A stretch of DNA of 64,000 nt from an uncultured virus (IMG/VR IMGVR_UViG_3300002066_000001) (taxonomy: Duplodnaviria; Heunggongvirae; Uroviricota; Caudoviricetes). The first letter of the stretch is position 1. Each line of letters begins with the position of its first letter. A program made the position numbers and the translations under genes. A model generated the notes under the pieces. That model saw only the letters and a program-made list of their open reading frames with translations. It did not search any database and had not been told where the DNA came from. Shown here piece by piece: positions 31,085-40,736 of the stretch. The stretch is from the IMG/VR virus record IMGVR_UViG_3300002066_000001; one strand, 5' to 3'.

Positions 31085-31719
31085 TCGACTTCATCGACGA
31101 AGTTCGGAGGCTCCTACAGGACTTCCCGAACGCGCGCACCAAACAGATTTCGAACTGTCCTGCCATCGTCCGCATCGAGTATGCGCCCGTGCAGGACGTT
31201 ACCATCTATCTGAACGGCGTAAAGACGACGACCGGGTTCACGCTCGACGCTGACAACGGCATCATCACGTTTGCTACCGCGCCTGCAGTGCTCGTCACCA
31301 TCAACTACAAGACGGTGTGGTTTAATGATACCTCCCTTGAGCGGATGGCGGTGATGCGCCCGCTGGACGAAGACCTCGTCCGAGTCGATTCAAACAAATG
31401 GCGGTTCCTGCTGCCTGCTGCCCCGGTGTACGTTGAACTGACTGACGAGAACGAAGCGTTGGTAACAGCGACGTATGAAAACGGGGCTTTTTCTATTTCT
31501 ACGACTGAACCACCGACTTCCCCCACCAAACTGCACATTACTGGAACTCAGTGTGACCTCTTTGGCACGGTCGCAACACTCTACATGATTATGGCAAGCG
31601 ACATCGATGGTATCCGTCGCAAGATGGGAACAGACGTCGCCTACGGTGACTATGCAGTCATGGCTGCAGCGTTCAGGGAACAGGCAAAAGCCTATCTAGG
31701 ATTTGGCGGTATCCGGTAA
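31078..31719 (+). CDS. Virion structural protein
   Basis: Neck-region position; VTIYLNGV..TTGFTLD..NGIITF.TAPA beta motif. Confidence 0.6.
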   Translation: MVVDFIDEVRRLLQDFPNARTKQISNCPAIVRIEYAPVQDVTIYLNGVKTTTGFTLDADNGIITFATAPAVLVTINYKTVWFNDTSLERMAVMRPLDEDLVRVDSNKWRFLLPAAPVYVELTDENEALVTATYENGAFSISTTEPPTSPTKLHITGTQCDLFGTVATLYMIMASDIDGIRRKMGTDVAYGDYAVMAAAFREQAKAYLGFGGIR

Positions 31720-33146
31720 TGGCAACAAGGACTGGTGGACTTCAGCTCGACATCCACTTCAAACCGCATGAGCTGCACGGTGTCCACCAACTTTCCTCAC
31801 TTGGCATTCAAAAACGGGAACCCGGGACATGGGGGTTCCAAAAAGACGACACGAACGAATCCTTTAGTGAAAAGCCCGATGAAGAGTCCCTTCAATCCAA
31901 TATCTTCAATGCTTCAGATACCTCTTCCGAAGAAACTGACCACGGAAACGTCACTGACGAAGGGTGTATGCAGGACTTTCGCTATGAATTTAGCAGACAA
32001 GTCGCCGCAAACTACGCACAGAAAGGGCACTATTTCGGATACTCCTCTGAAGAGTGTACAGTAGCACTCGAGAAAGCCTATGCAAGAAAGGTTGTCAAAC
32101 TCAATCACGCATTGCGAAATGCAGTTTTGTCATCGCCGGAGGGACGACCTGCGGGAGAGGGTATTCCCGCGTATAGTGGAACGTTCATCTATTCTCTTCT
32201 TCTTTCATCGGTCGCATACCTCGGTCAGGAAGGAATTGGCGACATCGTTACCGCAAGCGTCACGGCATTGAACCTTCGTAACAGTCCGAGCGAGAGAAAA
32301 ACATACTCTCGAGACATGCTCACGGCAATGAAAACGGTTCTTCAGTCGAGTCCGAAACAACAATCCGCTTTTGTGCGAACATACGCCAAAGTCATCGCAA
32401 CGGCAAAACCGGAAAAAGTGGATGCACTCCTGCACAGTATTACTGGACAAGTTGTACGGCGTATCAGTTCCCGGGCTATCATCGCTGGTATTGGAGAAAT
32501 GACCACAGCCAACATCAAAAAAAAGTTCGGGTCGCTCTTTACACAACTCTCCGATAGTCTCGACCCCGCAAAGATGAAGGCTGCAACTACTGCAAAAATC
32601 ACCCCTCTGTTACAAAAGAGAGAACAGCTTCTCGGTGACATGGCGGCTGCGGAAGAAGACGATACGCTTGGCGACTACGATGAACTTCGCGCTGAGTTCG
32701 ACGTCAACAATGAGAACATCGCCATGCTCGCAAGGGCCAATGGTGATACGGCAAGAGTAAATGCCCGTCGAAAATATGCGCAAGTTAAACGTCTCCTTCG
32801 AACTGGAAAAGGGAAAGGACTCCTTGATGAGAAGGGGTGGAAATACCGTCTCGCTGCCACGGCTGGTGCGCGGAACAAGGTTCCGACTACAGGACTTATG
32901 GGGTACAGGGAATCAGGAACACTTCCCCTCTTTTCTGTAAGTACGGGGTGGAGCAAGGATGCGAAACAATGGGGAATCTTGTGGCATTGCAACATTTTGG
33001 CTCAACCGAACTACTCACGGAAGATAGAACAAGGTTATCAGAATTGGAGTGGCGGTTATAAACCCATCGAGATGATGGCGAACTATGTGAAATCCAACGA
33101 ATTTCTCGAGGACTTCCGGCATTTTCTCTACCCAAGGGGTTCATGA
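31719..33146 (+). CDS. Large hypothetical virion or neck-region protein
   Basis: 475-aa ORF coupled to both neighbours. Confidence 0.65.
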   Translation: MATRTGGLQLDIHFKPHELHGVHQLSSLGIQKREPGTWGFQKDDTNESFSEKPDEESLQSNIFNASDTSSEETDHGNVTDEGCMQDFRYEFSRQVAANYAQKGHYFGYSSEECTVALEKAYARKVVKLNHALRNAVLSSPEGRPAGEGIPAYSGTFIYSLLLSSVAYLGQEGIGDIVTASVTALNLRNSPSERKTYSRDMLTAMKTVLQSSPKQQSAFVRTYAKVIATAKPEKVDALLHSITGQVVRRISSRAIIAGIGEMTTANIKKKFGSLFTQLSDSLDPAKMKAATTAKITPLLQKREQLLGDMAAAEEDDTLGDYDELRAEFDVNNENIAMLARANGDTARVNARRKYAQVKRLLRTGKGKGLLDEKGWKYRLAATAGARNKVPTTGLMGYRESGTLPLFSVSTGWSKDAKQWGILWHCNILAQPNYSRKIEQGYQNWSGGYKPIEMMANYVKSNEFLEDFRHFLYPRGS

Positions 33147-33541
33147 TGAGATTAAAAGACATAGAGTACAGTCTCTACCGAAGACTCGAAGAACTCGGCT
33201 TCAAGACAAACAAAGACGTGGACAGTGACATCGGATTTTCCCTAGCTCTCACTGACGTGTCTAGGGCAAAAGTTACCGTTGGTGGAAAGGGTATGGAGTT
33301 TACTGCATACTTTGTCGTTATTGGGACTGCAGATACACACGAGGCAGCTCTCGACCTGTTAGATGACTATCTCAGTGCCCCTGTCAACGTGAAGGGACTG
33401 TCGGTATACGAGACCTATACGATGACGGAAGTCTTTGATGTCGAGGTTTCCATCGAAATTGACGGACACGCGACTGTCGACCCGGTTGATGGGCGCAGTT
33501 TCACAGATGGTATCACAGTCAGTATCATCACTCTCTCTTAG
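33143..33541 (+). CDS. Putative tail terminator
   Basis: Size and position immediately before the tail tube gene. Confidence 0.45.
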   Translation: MMRLKDIEYSLYRRLEELGFKTNKDVDSDIGFSLALTDVSRAKVTVGGKGMEFTAYFVVIGTADTHEAALDLLDDYLSAPVNVKGLSVYETYTMTEVFDVEVSIEIDGHATVDPVDGRSFTDGITVSIITLS

Positions 33542-33550
33542 GAGGAAAGA

Positions 33551-34249
33551 ATGTCAATAAAGTATTCTACTGGTGAGTGGACTAAGGTCTACATCGCCAA
33601 CGGTAAGGGCAAGCACGCTGAAATCAAGATTGCGACCAAGTTGGATGCTTCACAGAAGCAGACCACCACACCCGTCAAGGCTATCGGAGACCAAGAGATT
33701 CCCGTCGCTATGGTAACTGAACTCGGCGAAGTTTCCGGCTCCATTCCCGTCATTTTCACTTCAGACACTACGTTTGAGGCACTTGTTGTTGACGGCGACC
33801 CGGCGTCTCCTCCCGTCACATTCTCGCTGTCGGATGTCGCCCCCGTCTGTATCGCCCGCAACTTCATGGACAAGGTGACCAAGAAATACTTCGCTGCGGA
33901 TTGGATTACCAATGCCATCATCAACAACAGCGGCACGAACGTCGCAGTCGGTGGAACACTCGCTGCGGACTACTCGTTTTCCGGCCTCAACATGTACAGT
34001 TTCAAGAACTCTGTCGGCGGAGCTACCCCCGAGGGTTGCCAGATTAAGTTTGCAACGGGCATTCTGCCCATCGACGCAATCGAGTGGAAACCCGGGCGCA
34101 AGTTGATGCCGTGGGGTCGTGACGACAATGGTGACGAGCTCGTGTATGCGTATTCGGCGGTTGACGGGTTCGCGAAACTCACCACTGGTGGCGTCGACCC
34201 GATTCCCGCCGTTGGCGACATCATCGCTTACCTCTCAAGCACTCCGTAA
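33551..34249 (+). CDS. Putative major tail (tube) protein
   Basis: Strong AGGAGG RBS, beta-rich sequence, upstream of chaperone and tape measure genes. Confidence 0.6.
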   Translation: MSIKYSTGEWTKVYIANGKGKHAEIKIATKLDASQKQTTTPVKAIGDQEIPVAMVTELGEVSGSIPVIFTSDTTFEALVVDGDPASPPVTFSLSDVAPVCIARNFMDKVTKKYFAADWITNAIINNSGTNVAVGGTLAADYSFSGLNMYSFKNSVGGATPEGCQIKFATGILPIDAIEWKPGRKLMPWGRDDNGDELVYAYSAVDGFAKLTTGGVDPIPAVGDIIAYLSSTP

Positions 34250-34370
34250 GCAAAATATCCCGATATAACGTAACTATGGCAGCTAGGGTAGGCGTTTCTC
34301 CTATCCGAAGAGCGGACAATCTGCCGCCTGCTGCCACTTCGAATATCTGCTCAAAGGAGAAAAACACACT

Positions 34371-35000
34371 ATGGATTTGGGGAACTTAATCACAGGAAGG
34401 TTGCCATTAAACCTCCCCCTCGTTTACGAGGGTTTGTTTTTGAACACGCCTAAACACATCGACTACATGAAGACAGTTTCCTTCATGGCTCGGTACAAAA
34501 CGGTAGCAAAGGAGAGTCTACTGACGCTCGAAAGTATGCTCCCCGATGACTTCTATGACATCAAACAAGAGGCAGAAAAGGAACGAAGAAAAGTAGTCCT
34601 GACCTTGTCTGAAGGGGATACGCCTGATGAGCGATTCATCCACTCGCAGGAAGAGCTCAATACCATGTCATCCGAAGAACTGGAAACTTACCAGAAGTAT
34701 CTGTCAAAACAATATACTGCCATGACAGATGCCCTCGAGATGATTCCGGTCTACCGCAAATGGCAAGTCTACAAATTCCTTCGTGAATGCGCGTACAAGA
34801 AGACGAAGGAATATGAACTTGCCCGTATTCAAAAGGAAACTCTTTTTGCCGTCACGTCGACCAAGGAAGATGGCACTCCCTATTTCACAAGTATCGAAGA
34901 CGGCGTTGCTAAGCTCGAGGAACTATCAGAGGAATTGTTTGCGAGGGTTCTCGAGACCTTCGACTCAGTTTATACTGGGGAATCGCCTAGTTTTTTCTAA
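34371..35000 (+). CDS. Tail assembly chaperone (gpG-like); a -1 frameshift would extend it to 35203
   Basis: T TTT TTC heptamer at 34991-34997 before the TAA. The -1 frame stays open to a TGA at 35201-35203, just before the tape measure ATG. Confidence 0.8.
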   Translation: MDLGNLITGRLPLNLPLVYEGLFLNTPKHIDYMKTVSFMARYKTVAKESLLTLESMLPDDFYDIKQEAEKERRKVVLTLSEGDTPDERFIHSQEELNTMSSEELETYQKYLSKQYTAMTDALEMIPVYRKWQVYKFLRECAYKKTKEYELARIQKETLFAVTSTKEDGTPYFTSIEDGVAKLEELSEELFARVLETFDSVYTGESPSFF

Positions 35001-35206
35001 AGTTCCTTGACGACAGTGAGTGGCGTTCGCTCAAGGAGACCATTGCAGTCACCAATCCGAATATCGCCCTGCTAAAGAGTATGACGAGCATGTATGACAG
35101 TCTCGACCAGTTGGAAGAGAAAGACCAGCCGCCACAGTACATCTTGTGGCATTTCGAGCGCGTACAGTCGTTCGTCGCTCTCTATGGCAAGAAATTGGAG
35201 TGACCT

Positions 35207-38200
35207 ATGTCAGAAGACGGAAGATTCACAATGGACATCACGTCGCAGGCCGACCTCAGCGCAATCTACAACGAATGGGACAAACTGCTGAGTTATATGG
35301 ACAAGTCGACCCGTGATAAGCTGACAACAAATAATCCTATCGCCGGACTTCTCAGTCAAGGACTTCCCCTTCAGACTCTTACTGACTCCGGGGCCGCCGA
35401 AGCTCTCAGCGTCAAAGTGCGAAAGAATCTAGAAAAGCAAATCAAGAGTCTTACTTCTCCCAATATCACGGACTATACCTCGGAAGTTCGACAGGCTCAG
35501 TCAAGTTTCATAACAGACAGATACAATACTCCCCCGACCGTAAGTGGTACGACTGCCGAGTGGAAAGCCGCCTATAATGCGGAACAGGAATATGCAAAAG
35601 AACTCAAAGCCCGCGCACAGGTTCTTATGGCTTCTCCCGATACGTCTGTACAAGAGTTCAAAGACCTTGCGGACAATATTTCCGTGTTCCGGAGAGAGCT
35701 CACCAACCTCACGGCGGCAGCCGCTGGACAGGGAAGAACTGGAACGGCGGGAAAATTTACTGCTCTCGACAACGCGACAAATACGGGTTCTCAATTTGAC
35801 CTTGTAACGGCCCGACAAGATATCCTCGACCGCGCAAAATATATTAAACGGGCGGATGATGACTATAACCGTGAACGGGCTGGTTATCTAAAAGAAAACG
35901 CTGATTTTGACAAGCAACAGATTGCTGACGCCTATGCCGAGGACAAGGCGCGCGATGAACATCTTTCCGACGAGAAGCACGACGCTTATGCTCAGAACGC
36001 CTCTATTGACCTTCAGGCCCGGATAACAGACAAGGCAAGAGCAGAACTTGAGAGTACCATCAGCAAAGAACATATTGCTGGCATCAAAGAGAATACTCAA
36101 CTCGACAAGGAGACATCTGAACTCAAGGCGAGCGCAGCCCGAGAAACTCTTCGTCAGAGTCTTGCGGCAACGTCGCCCTCTACTGCACAGTCGGCAGGAG
36201 CATTGCCATATCTTCAGTCTGCTATCGCAAACGGCGGTTCTCAAGAAGACCTTCTTAAGGCCGCAAATCAATATGCCTCTTCATTGAGTGATAACGTCAA
36301 CGAGGCAAATAGTGCTCTCGTAAAGACGCAGGGAAGCAGTCAAAACGTCCTCGGCTCTATGAAGGGTATTTATGGAGCGATGGTCATGTCTCGCGGCATC
36401 CTCTATAGTCTCATGGGCGGTCAGAGCGCATGGATGCAACTCGCAAGACAGGGTTCGCAAGCCATCTATTCCTCTGTTTATGCTTATAGTCTTCTCGACG
36501 GGCAAGCAAGCAAGGTTACGGGAACACTCGTGAAGCACACGCAAGAGTACATAAATAATCAAAAACTTCTCGGCTCTGTTGCCGCAGCACAACAAATCCT
36601 CACCCTTGAAAAAGAGGAGGACTTGGTTACAACAACGGCAATTGGCGCGTTGGAAAACAAGATAGCGTCGGACAAGGGACAAGTTGCTATAGCTACTCTG
36701 GCGAAGGATGCCGAAGAAGTTGTCATAAAACAGAAGGTACTTGAAACTGATACAGCTAATTTGCTCGTATTGCAGGAGACTAAGGTTAAGCAGGATGGAA
36801 TAGTCGCATCTGCTACTGCGAACTTAGCAACAGAAAAACTCGCACAAGGCGCTACTGCCGGAGCCCTTAAAGCCACTACCGCAGGAATAGCCTCAGTCGT
36901 CGCCCCCATAATGGGTATTGTCGCCGGGGCAGCGGCTATCGGCATGTTTCTCGCTCAGGCTGTCCAGTGGGTAAAACAATTTCAGATTGCCTCCGAGACC
37001 TCGGCTCTTAAATTCCGCGTCCTTGTTAATGAGGCAAGGGGGCTCAATAACGAACTTCAAAAAGCCCCAACAGGAACCATTACAAGTGTAGAACAGTTAA
37101 TAACATATGCGACTGCTGCAAAGGAAATCAATAAGGATTATCTCAAACTCACAGCAAGTATGGACGACGCCCAAAAAGCGGGAACAGCATTCTGGATGGC
37201 GATGGAAAAAGGGCCGGGCACGACTGAGGCTCAGCTCACCAAATTAGACAAACAGTTGGAGCAGATAAAAGCACAAGAAGAGGGGCAAGTCTTCAGGAAC
37301 CAAGGTTACGTCATGCCTCCCGTTTCAGAGAGTTCGGAAAAAATACAAGATTGGACGATTCTGATAAACGCTCAGAAGGATGCAATCGTTAGTGGAAAAA
37401 ATCCCCTGCTAGATTACATGAATGCTTTGCTCTCAGTACGCGCGGCAACACAGACTGCAATTAAAACTTCAGGAGATTGGATAACCGCGAACAAGGCATC
37501 CTTCTACTCGGTCGTTGAGCAAAGGGCGGCCCTTCTCGACCAAGTTGACGAGACAAAGCACGCAACGGAGGGTTTCGCTGAACTTACAGATGCCGTTGGC
37601 GGGCAAGCCGCAATGGCTGCTCAGATGGGTTCGATAAACGCCATTCAACAGTTAATAACAAGAGCAAGGACGTTAGGGGGCGCGGCTCTTGACGCCATTG
37701 GCCCCCTAGAAGAACTCCTGAGCGTTATGCAGGGAATTAGTAAAACGCTTAACGAGCCACAAACTCCTCAAGAGATTGCCGCAGTCCTTGCTGAGCATTA
37801 TGGGGGGCTCACGGACACCTATACTGAGTATAGTTTAAAGCACCCCGAATATAAGGGGTTAGCAAAATCAGTTCAGGCAAAGGCTATCGCCGCAGAAACG
37901 GAAAACATCAAGGGTCTTGAAGATTTAGTCAACGGGGTTCCAAGTAAAGAAGTCGCCGATTTTATAGGAGGACACACTTACCAAGCGACCCCTCAAGATA
38001 AGAGCGAAACAAATGCGACCTATCAAAAGAATCGGTCTGACCTAGCCGCCGCAAGAACGAGACTCGATGCCCTTCTTCATCCCTCGGCATGGGAACCTGA
38101 AAAACCTGCAAAAGTTGAAGATATGACCATGCTCGACTACACGCAGTCGATGTATGAAAACTACAAGACGGCATGGACGTCGACGGGCGAGAAAGACGCG

Positions 38201-38608
38201 GGTCTCGAGAAACTCATGAAGTCATGGCGCGACAAATATACCAGCGCCCTCCGCAAGGATATTGCAGACCAACAGAAACTTGTTCTGCAATACGGCGGTG
38301 ACTCACAGAAGGGTATGGTAGCAAACGTCCAACTCACATCCGATACCGCACAGCTTCAGGAAATCCTGAACCTCACGACCAAAATCAAGAATGAGTCTGC
38401 GACGTGGTTCAACATTCCGGGCTCCATCATCAAGCCAACAGCATCCATCATCAATCAGGTTTACATCGATGGGAAGTTTGTCACTCAGACAGCCACCACT
38501 TCCGCAGCAACCCTTCAAAGTATCGTCAAGGGGGCTATGGCAGACTTTGAACGCACTCATATCACGGGCGCGGGCAATATGCAACAAGACAAACCGGGGA
38601 CAACATGA
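35207..38608 (+). CDS. Tape measure protein
   Basis: 1133 aa, Ala/Gln/Lys-rich and helical, central hydrophobic segments, follows the frameshift chaperone. Confidence 0.85.
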   Translation: MSEDGRFTMDITSQADLSAIYNEWDKLLSYMDKSTRDKLTTNNPIAGLLSQGLPLQTLTDSGAAEALSVKVRKNLEKQIKSLTSPNITDYTSEVRQAQSSFITDRYNTPPTVSGTTAEWKAAYNAEQEYAKELKARAQVLMASPDTSVQEFKDLADNISVFRRELTNLTAAAAGQGRTGTAGKFTALDNATNTGSQFDLVTARQDILDRAKYIKRADDDYNRERAGYLKENADFDKQQIADAYAEDKARDEHLSDEKHDAYAQNASIDLQARITDKARAELESTISKEHIAGIKENTQLDKETSELKASAARETLRQSLAATSPSTAQSAGALPYLQSAIANGGSQEDLLKAANQYASSLSDNVNEANSALVKTQGSSQNVLGSMKGIYGAMVMSRGILYSLMGGQSAWMQLARQGSQAIYSSVYAYSLLDGQASKVTGTLVKHTQEYINNQKLLGSVAAAQQILTLEKEEDLVTTTAIGALENKIASDKGQVAIATLAKDAEEVVIKQKVLETDTANLLVLQETKVKQDGIVASATANLATEKLAQGATAGALKATTAGIASVVAPIMGIVAGAAAIGMFLAQAVQWVKQFQIASETSALKFRVLVNEARGLNNELQKAPTGTITSVEQLITYATAAKEINKDYLKLTASMDDAQKAGTAFWMAMEKGPGTTEAQLTKLDKQLEQIKAQEEGQVFRNQGYVMPPVSESSEKIQDWTILINAQKDAIVSGKNPLLDYMNALLSVRAATQTAIKTSGDWITANKASFYSVVEQRAALLDQVDETKHATEGFAELTDAVGGQAAMAAQMGSINAIQQLITRARTLGGAALDAIGPLEELLSVMQGISKTLNEPQTPQEIAAVLAEHYGGLTDTYTEYSLKHPEYKGLAKSVQAKAIAAETENIKGLEDLVNGVPSKEVADFIGGHTYQATPQDKSETNATYQKNRSDLAAARTRLDALLHPSAWEPEKPAKVEDMTMLDYTQSMYENYKTAWTSTGEKDAGLEKLMKSWRDKYTSALRKDIADQQKLVLQYGGDSQKGMVANVQLTSDTAQLQEILNLTTKIKNESATWFNIPGSIIKPTASIINQVYIDGKFVTQTATTSAATLQSIVKGAMADFERTHITGAGNMQQDKPGTT

Positions 38609-39009
38609 TTCTTACAGCGCGCGTTTGGTACAAACCGGCGGGGAGCGAAGCATACAAGGAGTTGTTTCCGCTCACAAAACATGATACCGAAGACCCAGTC
38701 AACATTACTCTCAGCGGAACCTTCTTAGGACATCCGGTGGCAACTGTTGCCCCGAACGCAACGAAGAAATTTTCCTTTCAGGTCGTTGCTGCGCTGCAAC
38801 TCCACTCGACCATCATCACCTATCTCATGGACTGCAAGCACTACGGAACACTCTCTATCGGAGACCCCACGGATGCAAAACACGAAGAATATCGCGTTGC
38901 AGCTACCGCATGGGCACACTCGAAGAAGGGGCTAACCTATGGAAAACTCCTGTACACCTTCGATATTGCCTTCGAAACCGTAGATGACAACTCATGGAAA
39001 CAGGGATAA
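38605..39009 (+). CDS. Putative distal tail protein
   Basis: Small ORF directly after the tape measure gene; positional call. Confidence 0.5.
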   Translation: MILTARVWYKPAGSEAYKELFPLTKHDTEDPVNITLSGTFLGHPVATVAPNATKKFSFQVVAALQLHSTIITYLMDCKHYGTLSIGDPTDAKHEEYRVAATAWAHSKKGLTYGKLLYTFDIAFETVDDNSWKQG

Positions 39010-40736
39010 TGCTCGACAAGGTTTTCGTCCAGTTCTTTGCTCCACAGGAGAATCCTGACGGAACACAGAACGGGTCGGAAACACTCTCTACCGTCTACCT
39101 CAACGAGGGGCTCATCACGAGCCTCTCGGTTGTCTCGACATTCTTCGGGGCTGCGGGAACCACTGTAGCATTGACGTTCAAGAACCCGCAGGGAATCTTT
39201 AACCCCGACAAGCATATCGTCCAGAAGAGCATCTTTGGAGATGACTTCCAAGACTACCGCAACCTCATTGTTCCCGATGCGAAGTTCTTTATTGCCAAAG
39301 GAACTTATACCGATTTTTGGGCCGGAACAGATGCAAGCCGAGACAGTCGCCTTATCGGGGTCTTCTATGCAGACGATGTCGAATTTGACCTGCTTGGGCA
39401 GACCCTGAGCATCAAGGGCGAAGACGGCATGAAGTACCTGAAGATGTCGGCGTATGTCAACGACGAACCCACTGTTCAACGCTTTCCTCTGCCCCTTACG
39501 GTCTGGCCGTACAGCGCCATGTGTGTTGGAGACATCGTCCACCATCTGCTCGAGAAGTTTGGTGTCTGGCACTACCATCCGGTTACTCAGGTTATCGCAA
39601 AAGATGCTGCAGGAACGCTCTTTACCGACCATAACAACGGATTTTACAAGACCTCCATGTCATTTAAGCGCGGTGCTGCTGACAACGAATATAATGTTCT
39701 CGACATAAAAACCATCTACGACTACATCGTCAGTTTAGCAGCGTATACAAACTACCGTTTCTTCTGTGGAAGTAAGTTTCTTGACGGGGACTCGATACCA
39801 CGTCCTGTTTTCTACTTCCTTCCCGGAGAGCCAACGGCGGCAAATAATGTTCCCTCTCTTGGCAATGCCGAAGATAATGTATTTCGACTGATGGGGACAG
39901 ACCCGAACCCGCTTCTCGGCCATATTACCGCCATCAAACAATATCACGAGCCATCGGACACGCATGAGCGTCCCATTGCTATCACGAGCCTGAAGTATAC
40001 CCTCAGCGACAACGATGTGCGCTCGGGGGTTGTTGTCCATATCGGAAGTGAAACGGCCCGCATCAAAAACACGGGTGACTCCTATAACCGCATGAGATTC
40101 CGCAAATATCGCATCGGCTATGTTAAAGACGATGGAATCAGCACGGACACGGCATGGAGCAAGGGTGACGCGACTCGCATTGCGGCTTCACTCATGTGGC
40201 AGTCCCTCCATTCATATCGCAAGTTCGAGGCATCTTTCACGAACTGGGTGAAGTTCTCGGGGCTGTCGTACAACTTTGACATCGACTACACGGGGAACAT
40301 CAATCCACTTAATGTCCAGATAGGGGGTCACTACTTTTGCGATGAGGCGACCTTGACGTGGAATGGAATGTTCACGACTTCCGGCAAGTTTTGGTTCCTT
40401 GAAAGTATCGCAACGGTGGTCGAACCGCTTGTTTTAGATTTCGTGGACGATGTCTCGGATTACGCTACAGGAGCGACAAGGACATCCATCGCCTTCTCTA
40501 ATATGGGGGGAAGTCCCTATACCGTGAAGTATTCACTGAATAAGGGAACCCTCACCAACGTTTATGTCACAATGGATACAGATAACCCCATCGGAACCTA
40601 TGACCTCGACACCCACATTGGGGACACCCTTTCGGTTCAGGTTTTCGGAGGCGGTCTACAATCAGACCTCATCTTCCACGTCGTTTCAGGTATGACGCTT
40701 GGTGGCGGGGGAAGGGTAACAACGATGACCGTGTAA
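39009..40736 (+). CDS. Putative tail hub or baseplate protein
   Basis: Position; IGVFYADDV.F......SIKGED.MKYL hub-like motif. Confidence 0.55.
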   Translation: MLDKVFVQFFAPQENPDGTQNGSETLSTVYLNEGLITSLSVVSTFFGAAGTTVALTFKNPQGIFNPDKHIVQKSIFGDDFQDYRNLIVPDAKFFIAKGTYTDFWAGTDASRDSRLIGVFYADDVEFDLLGQTLSIKGEDGMKYLKMSAYVNDEPTVQRFPLPLTVWPYSAMCVGDIVHHLLEKFGVWHYHPVTQVIAKDAAGTLFTDHNNGFYKTSMSFKRGAADNEYNVLDIKTIYDYIVSLAAYTNYRFFCGSKFLDGDSIPRPVFYFLPGEPTAANNVPSLGNAEDNVFRLMGTDPNPLLGHITAIKQYHEPSDTHERPIAITSLKYTLSDNDVRSGVVVHIGSETARIKNTGDSYNRMRFRKYRIGYVKDDGISTDTAWSKGDATRIAASLMWQSLHSYRKFEASFTNWVKFSGLSYNFDIDYTGNINPLNVQIGGHYFCDEATLTWNGMFTTSGKFWFLESIATVVEPLVLDFVDDVSDYATGATRTSIAFSNMGGSPYTVKYSLNKGTLTNVYVTMDTDNPIGTYDLDTHIGDTLSVQVFGGGLQSDLIFHVVSGMTLGGGGRVTTMTV

